Shown here piece by piece: positions 39,038 through 48,793 of a stretch of 64,000 nucleotides of DNA. The translations under genes and the position numbers were made by a program. Source of the DNA: a bacterium (GTDB lineage Bacteria > Patescibacteriota > Minisyncoccia > UBA6257 > GWB1-50-10); NCBI GenBank assembly GCA_021814165.1, contig JAKAIX010000002.1, positions 136,501-200,500 on the forward strand, written 5' to 3'. Each line of letters begins with the position of its first letter. The first letter of the stretch is position 1. Under the pieces are notes generated by a model. It searched no databases. It was not told where the DNA came from and was given only the letters and a program-made list of their open reading frames with translations.

Positions 39038-41137
39038 CTACTCTTCGGATCCGTCCGAAACGAAAACTTCTCTCGGTTTTGCACCCTCGCCTGGGCCAAC
39101 AATGCCGCGTTCCTCCATCAGATCAAGAAGCCGCGCCGCGCGTGCGTACCCGACCTTCAGTCGTCGCTGGAGAAGCGATGCGGAGGCCTTCTTTGCCGCT
39201 CGCACCAGTTCGATCGCTTCGTCCAGAAGTTCGTCGCCGTCCGACATATCCATGTTCTCAAGATCGAGATTTGCCTGCGATCCATTCCCGCCGTTTTCTA
39301 TTTTTATTTCGTCGGTCGAGATAACCTCGTTGTTCTTTTTAATGAAAGAAGTAACCTTCTTGATTTCTTCTTCCGAAAGATATGCTCCTTGTACGCGCAT
39401 GGGCTTCGAGATGTCAGCCGCGATGAAAAGCGCATCCCCGCTTCCGAGGAGTTTTTCCGCGCCCGGAGTATCGAGGATGGTGCGCGAGTCGATCTGACTC
39501 GCGACCTGAAGCGCAATTCTCGTCGTAATGTTCGCTTTGATGAGTCCTGTGATTACCTCCACTGAGGGACGCTGGGTCGAAACGACGAGATGGATGCCGG
39601 TCGCACGCGCCATTTGCGCAAGACGAATAATCGATCCCTCGACTTCTTTTCCGAAAGAGGTCATAAGGTCCGCAAGTTCGTCGATCACGATCACAATGTA
39701 CGGCATCGATTTTCCCGATGAGTTATAGCTCTTAATGTCGCGCGCTCCCGCTCCGAGTAAAATCTCGTATCTTCGGTCCATCTCCTGGATCGCCCATCGC
39801 AAAACCCCGATCGCCTTTTTATTTTCCGTAATGACGGGCGCCAAAAGATGAGAGATGCCGTCATAAACGGAGAGTTCCACGCGTTTCGGGTCGATCATAA
39901 GAAAACGAAGCATGTCCGGAGAATTTCTGTAAAGAAGCGACATAATGATCGAGTGAATCATGATGGATTTTCCCGATCCGGTCGCGCCCGCAACCAAGAG
40001 GTGCGGCATCTTTGCGATGTCCTTGAACATCGGCTCGCCGCTCACATTCCTTCCCAAGGCGAACGCGAGCTGGCCGCTTTTCTGAAAATCCGGATAGAGG
40101 AGCAAACTTCCGAGGCGGACGAGCGCCGCCGCCTTGTTCGGCACTTCGATTCCCACAAGCGACTTCCCCGGAATGGGGGCTTCGATGCGGATGGGATGTG
40201 CGGCCAAAGCGAGTGCAAGATCCTGGTTCAGAGTCGTAATGCGCGAGAGTTTGACGCCTTCGGCCGGCTTCAGAGTATAACGGGTGACGGTTGGTCCTAC
40301 GTTTATCTCTCCCATCTCGACCATGATGCCGAAGCTCTCAAGCGTGCGTTTGATGATATTCGCGTTCGCCCTGAGGTCGCCGATCGTCGGTTTTTCGGTC
40401 GTCGAGTTCAGAAGCGACAAGGGAGGCGCCACGTAATTTTTGATCGGTTTGAAGGAAGAACCCTTCGGCAACTCCGTATCCATCTCCGCGATCGTCCCCT
40501 CCTTCTTTCGCGGTGTTTCTTTTTCTTTCGGAGCGGGCGGCGTTTCGGGAAGTATAACCTTCATTTCTTTTTCCTCTTCCTTATTGTCCCCATCCTCCTC
40601 TTTGTCCCCCTCGTCTTTTTTGAAAAGCTGCCCCAGGTGGAGCGGGCGGTTCACTACAATAAGAAGAGAAACAACGAGCGCGGCAACGGTGATTACGAGC
40701 GCCCCGGGAACGCTAAAGGGGTTTTTGAGGAGTCCTACAAACGTTCCGATCGCTCCCCCGTTTCCCGGCGCCGCGATATCGATAAAGCCGAGTGCGGCGA
40801 GGATAAATACACCTCCGCCGATAAGCGAGGTAGGAAGGAGTTTCTTCGCATCGGAGGTAAGAAGCGTAAAGGCGATAAGGAGTGCCATGATGGGCAGAAG
40901 ATAATACCCCCACCCGAAGAGCAGGTCGAAGAAATTATAAATGCCGTTTCCCCAAGGGCCCGCAACGCCCCACGCGGCGAGGAGTAAGATCACGGCGAGA
41001 GCCGTAAAGACGACGATCCAGATGCTTTTCTTTGTTTCGGGGTGAAGCGCACTCTCTCGTGTTTCTTGTTTCCTCTCGGGAATCCGTTCCGTTTTTTTCT
41101 CCTTGCCGTTCCCCTTCTTCTTTTTGTGTCGGGCCAT
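39038..41137 (-). CDS. ftsK: DNA translocase FtsK
   Basis: Motifs PHLLVAGATGSGKS, IDPKRVEL, IDELADLM, and the gamma domain GYARAARL. Confidence 0.97.
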   Translation of the reverse strand: MARHKKKKGNGKEKKTERIPERKQETRESALHPETKKSIWIVVFTALAVILLLAAWGVAGPWGNGIYNFFDLLFGWGYYLLPIMALLIAFTLLTSDAKKLLPTSLIGGGVFILAALGFIDIAAPGNGGAIGTFVGLLKNPFSVPGALVITVAALVVSLLIVVNRPLHLGQLFKKDEGDKEEDGDNKEEEKEMKVILPETPPAPKEKETPRKKEGTIAEMDTELPKGSSFKPIKNYVAPPLSLLNSTTEKPTIGDLRANANIIKRTLESFGIMVEMGEINVGPTVTRYTLKPAEGVKLSRITTLNQDLALALAAHPIRIEAPIPGKSLVGIEVPNKAAALVRLGSLLLYPDFQKSGQLAFALGRNVSGEPMFKDIAKMPHLLVAGATGSGKSIMIHSIIMSLLYRNSPDMLRFLMIDPKRVELSVYDGISHLLAPVITENKKAIGVLRWAIQEMDRRYEILLGAGARDIKSYNSSGKSMPYIVIVIDELADLMTSFGKEVEGSIIRLAQMARATGIHLVVSTQRPSVEVITGLIKANITTRIALQVASQIDSRTILDTPGAEKLLGSGDALFIAADISKPMRVQGAYLSEEEIKKVTSFIKKNNEVISTDEIKIENGGNGSQANLDLENMDMSDGDELLDEAIELVRAAKKASASLLQRRLKVGYARAARLLDLMEERGIVGPGEGAKPREVFVSDGSEE

Positions 41138-41180
41138 TGTTCTGTTTCATTAAATCTTAAATTCCGTTAAAATTCAATTC

Positions 41181-42479
41181 ATGAACGAGCGCATATTCAA
41201 AGCGTATGACATTCGCGGGATATATCCCTTGGAGATAAACGATGAGGTTGCCGCGGAAGTCGCGCGAGGATGTTCGGCGCTCTTTCCGGGAGGAAAAATG
41301 ATTGTGGGAAGAGACGTGAGAATCGGCTCTTCCGAGCTTGCGCAGGCCATCGTAAAAAACCTCCTCCTCAACCCGAAGTACGAGGTTATCGATGTGGGTA
41401 TATGCAGCACCCCGCTCTTCTACTTTGCGGTGAATGCGCTCGGGGCGGCCGGTGGGATTATGGTTACTGCTTCCCATAACCCCCCCGAATGGAATGGGTT
41501 TAAGGTGGTCGGTCCGAAGGCGGTCATGATCGGCGGGGATGCGGTCAAAGAAGCGATACGGAACGCCGGACCCGCGGGACAAGGAGGCGGACGTTATGAA
41601 AAACGCGAGATGGTGGAAGAATATGTCTCTTTTTACAAACAGCAATTTAATGTTCGAAAGCCGCTCCGCGTAGTATGTGATTTCGGGAACGGTGCCACGG
41701 GGCGGATTTGCTCCGCGCTTGTGCCGGTTTTCGAGAACATCACGTTCAGCTTTTTGAATGATGTTCCGGACGGAAGATTCCCCTCAAGAGGTCCCAATCC
41801 CCTTATCCCCGGAGCATTGGATGGTTTGAAAAAGGAAGTGGTGAAGACCGGCGCCGAGCTTGGTGTAGCATTCGATGCCGACGGAGACAGAGCGTTCTTC
41901 GTAGACGGGCACGGCGACGAGATTCCCTATTATGTCGTCGCTTTTCTTCTTGCGGAACAGGGGAAGGAAAGACTTGTTGCGGAGGTGCAGACATTTCATG
42001 TCCTGAAACATATCGGATACAAAGGCGAGCTTTATGAATCGCGTGTGGGAACCCGCTTCATGAAAGAGAAAATGAAAGACGTTGACGCGGATATAGGCGC
42101 CGAGTACTCGGGGCATTATTACTTCAGGGAGTTTTTTGATACGGACTCGGGAATATTCGCTTTTATGAGGCTGCTCCAAATCATCTCGGGGCTGCCCTCT
42201 TCTTTCCAGGAATTTCTTGAGCGTATTCCGAGACGCGAAACAACCCAGTGGGACGTTCGGGTTGAAGATCCCGCGGAGTCAATTCGGAAGATTTCCTCAA
42301 TATATGAAGGGAAAAACGAGCTCCAGAAAGACACCACGGACGGCGTCGTGTTTGCCTCGAGGGATTGGCTCTTCGGTATGAGGCCGTCAAACACAGAGCC
42401 GCTCCTCCGGTTTTGGGCGGGTGCCGACTCAAGAGAAACACTTGAGAAGCTTGTACGGGAGATACAGTCGAATTTCTAG
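41181..42479 (+). CDS. Phosphomannomutase/phosphoglucomutase
   Basis: Motifs FKAYDIRG, TASHNP, FDADGDR, RPSNTEP. Confidence 0.95.
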   Translation: MNERIFKAYDIRGIYPLEINDEVAAEVARGCSALFPGGKMIVGRDVRIGSSELAQAIVKNLLLNPKYEVIDVGICSTPLFYFAVNALGAAGGIMVTASHNPPEWNGFKVVGPKAVMIGGDAVKEAIRNAGPAGQGGGRYEKREMVEEYVSFYKQQFNVRKPLRVVCDFGNGATGRICSALVPVFENITFSFLNDVPDGRFPSRGPNPLIPGALDGLKKEVVKTGAELGVAFDADGDRAFFVDGHGDEIPYYVVAFLLAEQGKERLVAEVQTFHVLKHIGYKGELYESRVGTRFMKEKMKDVDADIGAEYSGHYYFREFFDTDSGIFAFMRLLQIISGLPSSFQEFLERIPRRETTQWDVRVEDPAESIRKISSIYEGKNELQKDTTDGVVFASRDWLFGMRPSNTEPLLRFWAGADSRETLEKLVREIQSNF

Positions 42480-42943
42480 TCCCCTCTCGGGGGCTTTTTT
42501 GTTGCGCCGAGTTTCTCCGGTTTTAATTCTCGTATTTCATCCATTATCTTTTTCACGAGCGTCGTAATTTGTTCCCGCGGCATCCCCCTTTGTTCCGCAA
42601 CACCGAGTACGAATGCTTCCGTTTTTTCGAAATTATTTTTGAATTTCGCGTTTATCTTTTTCCATTCGGTCTTTTCGAGTGATTTCGCGATCGCTTCATC
42701 GAAAGAAATAATTTTTTTCTTCATAAGGAACGCTATCGAGGGATAGCCGAGGTATCCCTGCCAATACGATCCGTTATCGTTTGCGGTAATTGCATGCGTG
42801 CCGGATTCATAACGCACCTCGTAGTGTTTGTCTCCGCTCGAAGAGGTTACGACTGCGGCATCCCCCTTCACCTTAATGCGCTTGTCCGCGATGGTTCCGA
42901 GCGCTTCATATACTTTTATTGCGGGCGGCAGTTTCCATTTCAT
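42476..42943 (-). CDS. Conserved hypothetical protein
   Basis: KVYEALG..AD, SS.G.K.Y.V, NDNGSYWQGYLGYP look conserved; function unknown. Confidence 0.75.
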   Translation of the reverse strand: MKWKLPPAIKVYEALGTIADKRIKVKGDAAVVTSSSGDKHYEVRYESGTHAITANDNGSYWQGYLGYPSIAFLMKKKIISFDEAIAKSLEKTEWKKINAKFKNNFEKTEAFVLGVAEQRGMPREQITTLVKKIMDEIRELKPEKLGATKKPPRGD

Positions 42944-43467
42944 AACTCCTGATCGATTTCAAAAAATTTCATAAACACCTCTCTTAAGAGCCTTGCGTCA
43001 TACAGCGCGTGATGCGGCGGATATTTGTTGGTATTGATACCGAGCGACTTTGCGAATTTCAGATATTTTTCAGGATTGTATCCTTCCGCGAAAAGGATCG
43101 AGGCGAAGTCGATCGGAATCCAGTAGAGCGGTTGTTCGCTTACCCCGAAGAGTTTGTAAAAATAGAGCGTGTCGTACTGGTTGATGAGCCCGACCATGTA
43201 CGGTTCCTCGTCCCCTACAAATTCTCTTATCTTCGTCTTCGCTTCTTCCCGCGAAACCTTATTTTTCGAGAGCGTCGGGAGAATGTGTTTTTTTACAAAA
43301 TCGCTTGTCTCCCCTTCATATTCAAGTTCGAGATACAGTTCTTCGCCGTTCAGTTTTATAAGTCCGATCGAAAGTATTTCCCCTTTATAAGGATCGAGCG
43401 TCGAGAACTCAGTGTCGACAAAGATAAGGTTCTTGGAGAAGAGCCGTTCCGGGGGAATTTTTTCCAT
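42940..43467 (-). CDS. DEDDh 3'-5' exonuclease/exoribonuclease
   Basis: Motifs FVDTEF, LSIGL, HHALYDAR. Confidence 0.85.
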   Translation of the reverse strand: MEKIPPERLFSKNLIFVDTEFSTLDPYKGEILSIGLIKLNGEELYLELEYEGETSDFVKKHILPTLSKNKVSREEAKTKIREFVGDEEPYMVGLINQYDTLYFYKLFGVSEQPLYWIPIDFASILFAEGYNPEKYLKFAKSLGINTNKYPPHHALYDARLLREVFMKFFEIDQEL

Positions 43468-43844
43468 ACAGACCCATTAAAGCAGAAAAATGAACACATC
43501 CCAATCTATCGAGGCCGGGCCTCGATAAAAAAGTGGATAACTTCAAGAAGCCAAACCACTTTTGTTTGTTAGAGTTAGAAAAGAGATTTATTAGAAAAAA
43601 CAGGAAAACAAGGAAAAACTGAAAAAGCTGAAAAACCTGATAATGCGATGAAACCTAGATTTCCGCATAAACACTACAAAATTTTGGCTAAAAAACAGAG
43701 AAGCTGATAGTGCGATGAAACCTACATTTTTTCAAAAATAGGCCTTCAAAATGGCAAAATTGTTTGTCGACAAACAATTTGAAACAGATTTTCGATGCAG
43801 ATTTTGGGTTTTTTCAAGAAGTTAATGAGACAATTTTAAAAGGT

Positions 43845-44210
43845 ATGGAGATAAATTCATCAGAATTAGGAAAAATAGGAGAGGATTATGCCGTGAATTA
43901 TCTCAAAAACAGGAAATTCAGGATTATTGGCAGAAACTTTAGGCAACCATGGGGTGAACTGGATATAGTTGCGGTGGCATCGGATAAGACACTTGTCTTT
44001 GTTGAAGTGAAGACTATGAGAGAGGGGGAGCTAAAACCGGAGGACCAGATGAGTTCATCAAAGATGAAGAAATTCAAGAAGGCGGCCTCGCTCTATGCCG
44101 GTCGGCACCAAGATCTGATCAATGACGAGAGGGGATGGCGACTCGATGTGATAGCATTGACAAAAGTTAAAAATAATTTCGTAGTAAATCACTACGAGAA
44201 CGTAGAATGA
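43845..44210 (+). CDS. yraN: YraN family endonuclease-like protein
   Basis: Motifs GKIGEDYA, RNF...GELDIV, LVFVEVKT, RLDVI. Confidence 0.9.
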   Translation: MEINSSELGKIGEDYAVNYLKNRKFRIIGRNFRQPWGELDIVAVASDKTLVFVEVKTMREGELKPEDQMSSSKMKKFKKAASLYAGRHQDLINDERGWRLDVIALTKVKNNFVVNHYENVE

Positions 44211-44326
44211 AACCTTTATATGGTTGACAGTAAATGAAGAAGTAGTACCATTGAATTATTCCTGACCGCTCCATAGAGAGCGGTAAACTTTTAAACGAAA
44301 GGGCGATAAGAATGTATTAAAAAAAA

Positions 44327-45592
44327 ATGATGGATTTAAAATCATTGAGCGGTGCGGTGGAGCAAATTGCCACCGAGAAAGGAATTCCTCCCGAGAAGGT
44401 GATGGGGGCGATCGAAGCCGCCATCGCGGCCGCATATAAGAAGGAATATAGGAAGCGATCCGAAATTATCCGCGCGAAAATCGATTCGAAGACGGGAGAA
44501 ATAGGGTTTTTCCAAGTGAAGACCGTGGTGGATCCTTCAATGGTACGCATTGTCTCCGAAGAAGAGGAGACGAAGGAACCGACTCCGGCGGAAGAAGCGG
44601 AAGGGGTGCTTCCGCGCTATAATCCGGATCGGCACATCTTTTTAGAAGAGGCGAAACAATTTAAAAAGAATGCGGCACTCGAAGAGGAACTCGAATTTCC
44701 CCTCGAAACTCACGAGGACTTCGGTCGCATTGCGGCGCAAACCGCGAAACAGGTTATTTTGCAAAATCTCCGCGAGGCGGAGCGATCCTCGATTCGCGAT
44801 GAGTTTGCGGACAAGGAAGGGGAGATCGTGAGCGGCGTAATCCAGCGGTTTGAACGAGGGAACGTTTACGTGAACCTCGGCCGCGCGATGGGCATCATGT
44901 ATCCGAACGAAAGCATTCCCGGCGAACACTATCGCATGGGTGACCGGATGCGTTTTTTCGTATTTGCAGTCCAAAATGACGTGCGTCGGCCCGGTATCGT
45001 GCTTTCGCGATCGCATCCGAGCTTTGTCGCAAAACTTTTTGAACTCGAAGTTCCCGAGATCGCCGATGGGACGGTGGAAATAAAGCAAATCGCGCGGGAG
45101 GCGGGGAGCCGCACAAAAATCGCAGTGTATTCGAATGAAGAAGGCGTCGATCCGGTGGGATCGGCGGTAGGCCAGCGCGGCACGCGCGTCATGGCGGTGA
45201 CGAACGAGCTCGGTAACGAAAAGATCGATATTATCGAATGGTCGGAAGATCCCGAGAAGTTCATCGGGAATGCGATCTCTCCCGCAAAGGCGAAGCTCGT
45301 CGAGATTCTCCCGCGTCGCGAAGCGCGGGTTCTCGTCGCGGAAGACCAGCTGAGTTTGGCGATCGGCAAAGGAGGACAGAACGTCCGGCTTGCGGCGAAG
45401 CTTACGGGATGGAAGATTGACGTCAGATCGCAGTCGAATCCGGACGAGGTGCAGGAAGGAGGGATTGCCTCCGCGGAAGAAGAAGCGGGACCTCCTCCGG
45501 CGGAAGAGGAAAAGAAGGAGAAAGAATCCGGGAACGTGGAATCACAAGAGGAACAGAAAGAGTTGGAAAACAAAAACGTCGAAGAAAAATAA
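44327..45592 (+). CDS. nusA: Transcription termination/antitermination factor NusA
   Basis: Motifs FGRIAAQTAKQ, EVPEI, REAGSRTKIAV, SLAIGKGGQNVRLA. Confidence 0.98.
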   Translation: MMDLKSLSGAVEQIATEKGIPPEKVMGAIEAAIAAAYKKEYRKRSEIIRAKIDSKTGEIGFFQVKTVVDPSMVRIVSEEEETKEPTPAEEAEGVLPRYNPDRHIFLEEAKQFKKNAALEEELEFPLETHEDFGRIAAQTAKQVILQNLREAERSSIRDEFADKEGEIVSGVIQRFERGNVYVNLGRAMGIMYPNESIPGEHYRMGDRMRFFVFAVQNDVRRPGIVLSRSHPSFVAKLFELEVPEIADGTVEIKQIAREAGSRTKIAVYSNEEGVDPVGSAVGQRGTRVMAVTNELGNEKIDIIEWSEDPEKFIGNAISPAKAKLVEILPRREARVLVAEDQLSLAIGKGGQNVRLAAKLTGWKIDVRSQSNPDEVQEGGIASAEEEAGPPPAEEEKKEKESGNVESQEEQKELENKNVEEK

Positions 45593-45607
45593 AAAAGAAA
45601 TACAAAC

Positions 45608-48013
45608 GTGTTTAAAAAGATAAAAACGAAATTTATAGTAGCGGGAGCCGCGCTCGCATCGTTCGTGGCGCTCGCACCGAGTGCTCATGCGAGCGAGGCG
45701 GACCTTCTGCTCCCCGATCTGAAATCGGTCTCGTTTCTCGGCATGACCGGCCACGGACTCCTGCTCGCCGGCATCGTGATGTGTCTTTTGGGAATGCTCT
45801 TCGGGCTTGTGATGTTTATGAAGACGAAGAGGCTCCCGGTACATCGCGCGATGAAGGAGGTTTCGGAGCTTATTTATGAAACCTGCAAAACCTATCTCAT
45901 CACGCAGGGAAAGTTTCTAATAATCCTTGAGGCGTTTATCGGCATTATTATTATCGTTTATTTCGGGCTGCTTCAGCACTTCGAAGCGATCAAGGTAATC
46001 GTCATTCTTCTCTTCAGCATACTGGGCATCCTGGGAAGCTACAGCGTGGCGTGGTTCGGCATCCGTATCAATACATTCGCTAATTCGCGAACGGCGTTTG
46101 CGGGACTCAAGGGAAAACCCTTTCCGACGTACGAAATTCCGATGCGGGCGGGGATGAGCGTAGGGACTCTTCTCATCAGCACGGAGCTCTTGGCGATGCT
46201 CGCAATTCTTCTCTTTATACCCGGCGACTACGCGGGTCCGTGCTTTATCGGGTTCGCGATCGGTGAGTCTTTGGGCGCTGCGGCGCTTCGCGTGGCAGGC
46301 GGCATCTTTACGAAGATTGCGGACATCGGTTCCGACTTGATGAAAATCGTATTTAAAATAAAAGAGGACGACGCGCGGAATCCGGGCGTCATCGCGGACT
46401 GCACGGGAGACAACGCGGGAGACTCGGTAGGACCCACCGCCGACGGATTCGAAACCTACGGCGTGACGGGCGTAGCGCTCATCACTTTTATTCTCCTCGC
46501 GGTGGCAAGCGCGATTACGCAAGTCCAGCTTCTCGTGTGGATTTTTGCGATGCGTATCATGATGATCGTAACAAGCATCCTTTCGTACGCGCTGAACGAG
46601 ACATTTGCGCGATCGAAATACAAAACGGTTGATAAAATGAACTTCGAAACGCCGCTTACGACTTTAATCTGGCTTACGTCATTTATCTCGATCGGTATCA
46701 CCTATCTCACATCATATCTTCTGATCCCCGGCGTGGGTGACGGATCACTCTGGTGGAAACTCGCGACGATCATCAGCTGCGGCACGCTCGCGGGCGCTCT
46801 GATTCCCGAGCTTGTAAAAGTGTTTACTTCGACGAAATCAACGCACGTGAAGGAAATTTTAAGTTCATCCCGCGAAGGAGGAGCGTCCCTGAATATCCTC
46901 TCGGGGCTTACCGCCGGCAATTTCAGCGCGTACTGGATCGGACTCGCGATCATCGCGCTCATGGGAGTCGCGTTCGGCGTGAGCACACTTGGGTTGGGCG
47001 AACTTATGATTGCGCCATCCGTCTTCGCATTCGGTCTCGTGGCGTTCGGGTTCTTGGGACTCGGGCCCGTTACGATCGCGGTTGACTCGTACGGTCCCGT
47101 GACGGACAACGCCCAGTCGGTCTACGAGCTTTCGATGATCGAAACGCTTCCGAACATCAAGGAAGAGATCAAAAAAGATTACGGATTCGAACCCGATTTT
47201 GAACGGGCGAAAGAATATCTCGAAGAGAACGACGGCGCGGGGAACACCTTTAAGGCGACCGCGAAGCCGGTATTGATAGGTACGGCGGTCGTAGGTGCGA
47301 CGACCCTGATTTTCTCGATTATCATGCTTCTCACGGAAGGACTGAAGCCGGAGCTTGTAAGCAACCTTTCGCTTCTGAACCCGCTTTTTCTCCTGGGACT
47401 TATTACCGGAGGCGCGATTATCTACTGGTTCAGCGGCGCCTCGATGCAGGCGGTCGTGACCGGATCATACCGTGCGGTTGCGTTCATTAAGGAAAAGATA
47501 AAACTCGACGGAAGCTCCGAAAAGGCGTCCATTGAGGACTCGAAGCGGGTGGTAGAAATCTGCACGCAGTTTGCACAAAAGGGGATGTTTAACATCTTCC
47601 TTGTGGTATTTTTCAGCGCGCTTGCCTTTGCCTCGCTCGATCCGTACTTCTTTATCGGATATCTTGTTTCGATTGCAATTTTCGGGCTCTATCAGGCGAT
47701 TTTTATGGCGAACGCGGGGGGCGCATGGGACAACGCGAAGAAGCTCGTGGAAACCGAACTCAAAGAGAAAGGAACCGAGCTTCACGCGGCGACCGTTGTG
47801 GGGGATACGGTAGGAGATCCTTTCAAGGATACCTCGTCCGTCGCTATGAATCCGATCATTAAATTTACGACGCTCTTCGGGCTGCTTGCGGTTGAGCTAG
47901 CGATTACCCTGCCGCGCTCGACGAGCGCAGTCCTCGCGGTTGTCTTTTTCCTGATCTCCACAGTATTCGTCTGGCGCTCGTTCTACACTATGAGAATCAA
48001 GGCGAATAGCTAA
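45608..48013 (+). CDS. hppA: Membrane-bound H+-translocating pyrophosphatase, K+-independent type
   Basis: Motifs GGIFTKIADIGSDL, EDDARNPGVIADCTGDNAGD, GNTFKA, GDTVGDPFKD. Confidence 0.95.
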   Translation: MFKKIKTKFIVAGAALASFVALAPSAHASEADLLLPDLKSVSFLGMTGHGLLLAGIVMCLLGMLFGLVMFMKTKRLPVHRAMKEVSELIYETCKTYLITQGKFLIILEAFIGIIIIVYFGLLQHFEAIKVIVILLFSILGILGSYSVAWFGIRINTFANSRTAFAGLKGKPFPTYEIPMRAGMSVGTLLISTELLAMLAILLFIPGDYAGPCFIGFAIGESLGAAALRVAGGIFTKIADIGSDLMKIVFKIKEDDARNPGVIADCTGDNAGDSVGPTADGFETYGVTGVALITFILLAVASAITQVQLLVWIFAMRIMMIVTSILSYALNETFARSKYKTVDKMNFETPLTTLIWLTSFISIGITYLTSYLLIPGVGDGSLWWKLATIISCGTLAGALIPELVKVFTSTKSTHVKEILSSSREGGASLNILSGLTAGNFSAYWIGLAIIALMGVAFGVSTLGLGELMIAPSVFAFGLVAFGFLGLGPVTIAVDSYGPVTDNAQSVYELSMIETLPNIKEEIKKDYGFEPDFERAKEYLEENDGAGNTFKATAKPVLIGTAVVGATTLIFSIIMLLTEGLKPELVSNLSLLNPLFLLGLITGGAIIYWFSGASMQAVVTGSYRAVAFIKEKIKLDGSSEKASIEDSKRVVEICTQFAQKGMFNIFLVVFFSALAFASLDPYFFIGYLVSIAIFGLYQAIFMANAGGAWDNAKKLVETELKEKGTELHAATVVGDTVGDPFKDTSSVAMNPIIKFTTLFGLLAVELAITLPRSTSAVLAVVFFLISTVFVWRSFYTMRIKANS

Positions 48014-48031
48014 TTATCAGATCGTGTGTTT

Positions 48032-48065
48032 AGAGGCCCGGCTTCATTTGGGAAGCCGGGCCTCC
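48032..48065. repeat. 34-bp double-palindrome REP-like element
   Basis: gaggcccggcttc-atttgg-gaagccgggcctc. Confidence 0.8.
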
Positions 48066-48125
48066 TTATTTTGAATAAAAATAAACAAGCGCCGATCTCA
48101 AAACTCGAGATGGCGCTTGTTGATG

Positions 48126-48695
48126 TTAAAATTTCGCTTCTACCGCGCGGGATTCAATGCTAAATTCCTTCGTTTCGTATCTCTCTATCCTAACCGCCTT
48201 GAGATCAGAATAGGAAGAGTGTATAGATGTCCACCCATAGCCGAGATATTTCTCCTCTATTCTCGGTAACGGTAGCACCCAATCTCTTACTGGGAACGCA
48301 ACCTTGAGGTTCCCGACACAATCAGTATGAATCATTAGCGTTACATACTTTGTGGTGTCACCGGAATTGGAAAATAATTCGGTGATCATCGGAGGTTCCG
48401 CGATTGCATACCAGCCATCAGCGAGATTCAATCGATTAGCCAACAACTCGAGATTTTCATAAAACGAGACGGTTTTATCACTTGCTTCTCGCTCAGCTTT
48501 TTCAATTGAAGTTTCAACAGAGTTGATAAGAGGAATCACCACAAGGAAACTTATAAATCCGAGACTACTGGCAATTATAGCTCTCTTGTTGCGCGGCATC
48601 TGCTTTTGTGTTGCGACAGCTCCTGCAACCAAGGCCAATGAGGCAAAAAATGATAACGAAAAAATCCATATTAATGGGTCAACGTGGGTGTGCAT
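48126..48695 (-). CDS. Hypothetical membrane protein (2 TM helices), AT-rich
   Basis: 189-aa ORF followed by a hairpin at 48084-48121. Confidence 0.65.
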   Translation of the reverse strand: MHTHVDPLIWIFSLSFFASLALVAGAVATQKQMPRNKRAIIASSLGFISFLVVIPLINSVETSIEKAEREASDKTVSFYENLELLANRLNLADGWYAIAEPPMITELFSNSGDTTKYVTLMIHTDCVGNLKVAFPVRDWVLPLPRIEEKYLGYGWTSIHSSYSDLKAVRIERYETKEFSIESRAVEAKF

Positions 48696-48793
48696 ACATG
48701 CTCCTTTTGAAAAAATTCTGGACGAATTCTACCACTTTTTTGCATTTAGGTCAATCCTCCTCGAAATCCCGTAAAACCTGTATTATTTGATGT

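Noticed and set aside
39848-40987. Long antisense ORFs (for example 379 aa opposite ftsK, 304 aa opposite gyrA, 297 aa opposite rpsA)
   Set aside because: These are shadow frames of well-conserved genes with no recognisable motifs.
43637-43730. Possible CRISPR array
   Set aside because: Only two imperfect, non-palindromic repeats and no cas genes; kept only as a low-interest note.
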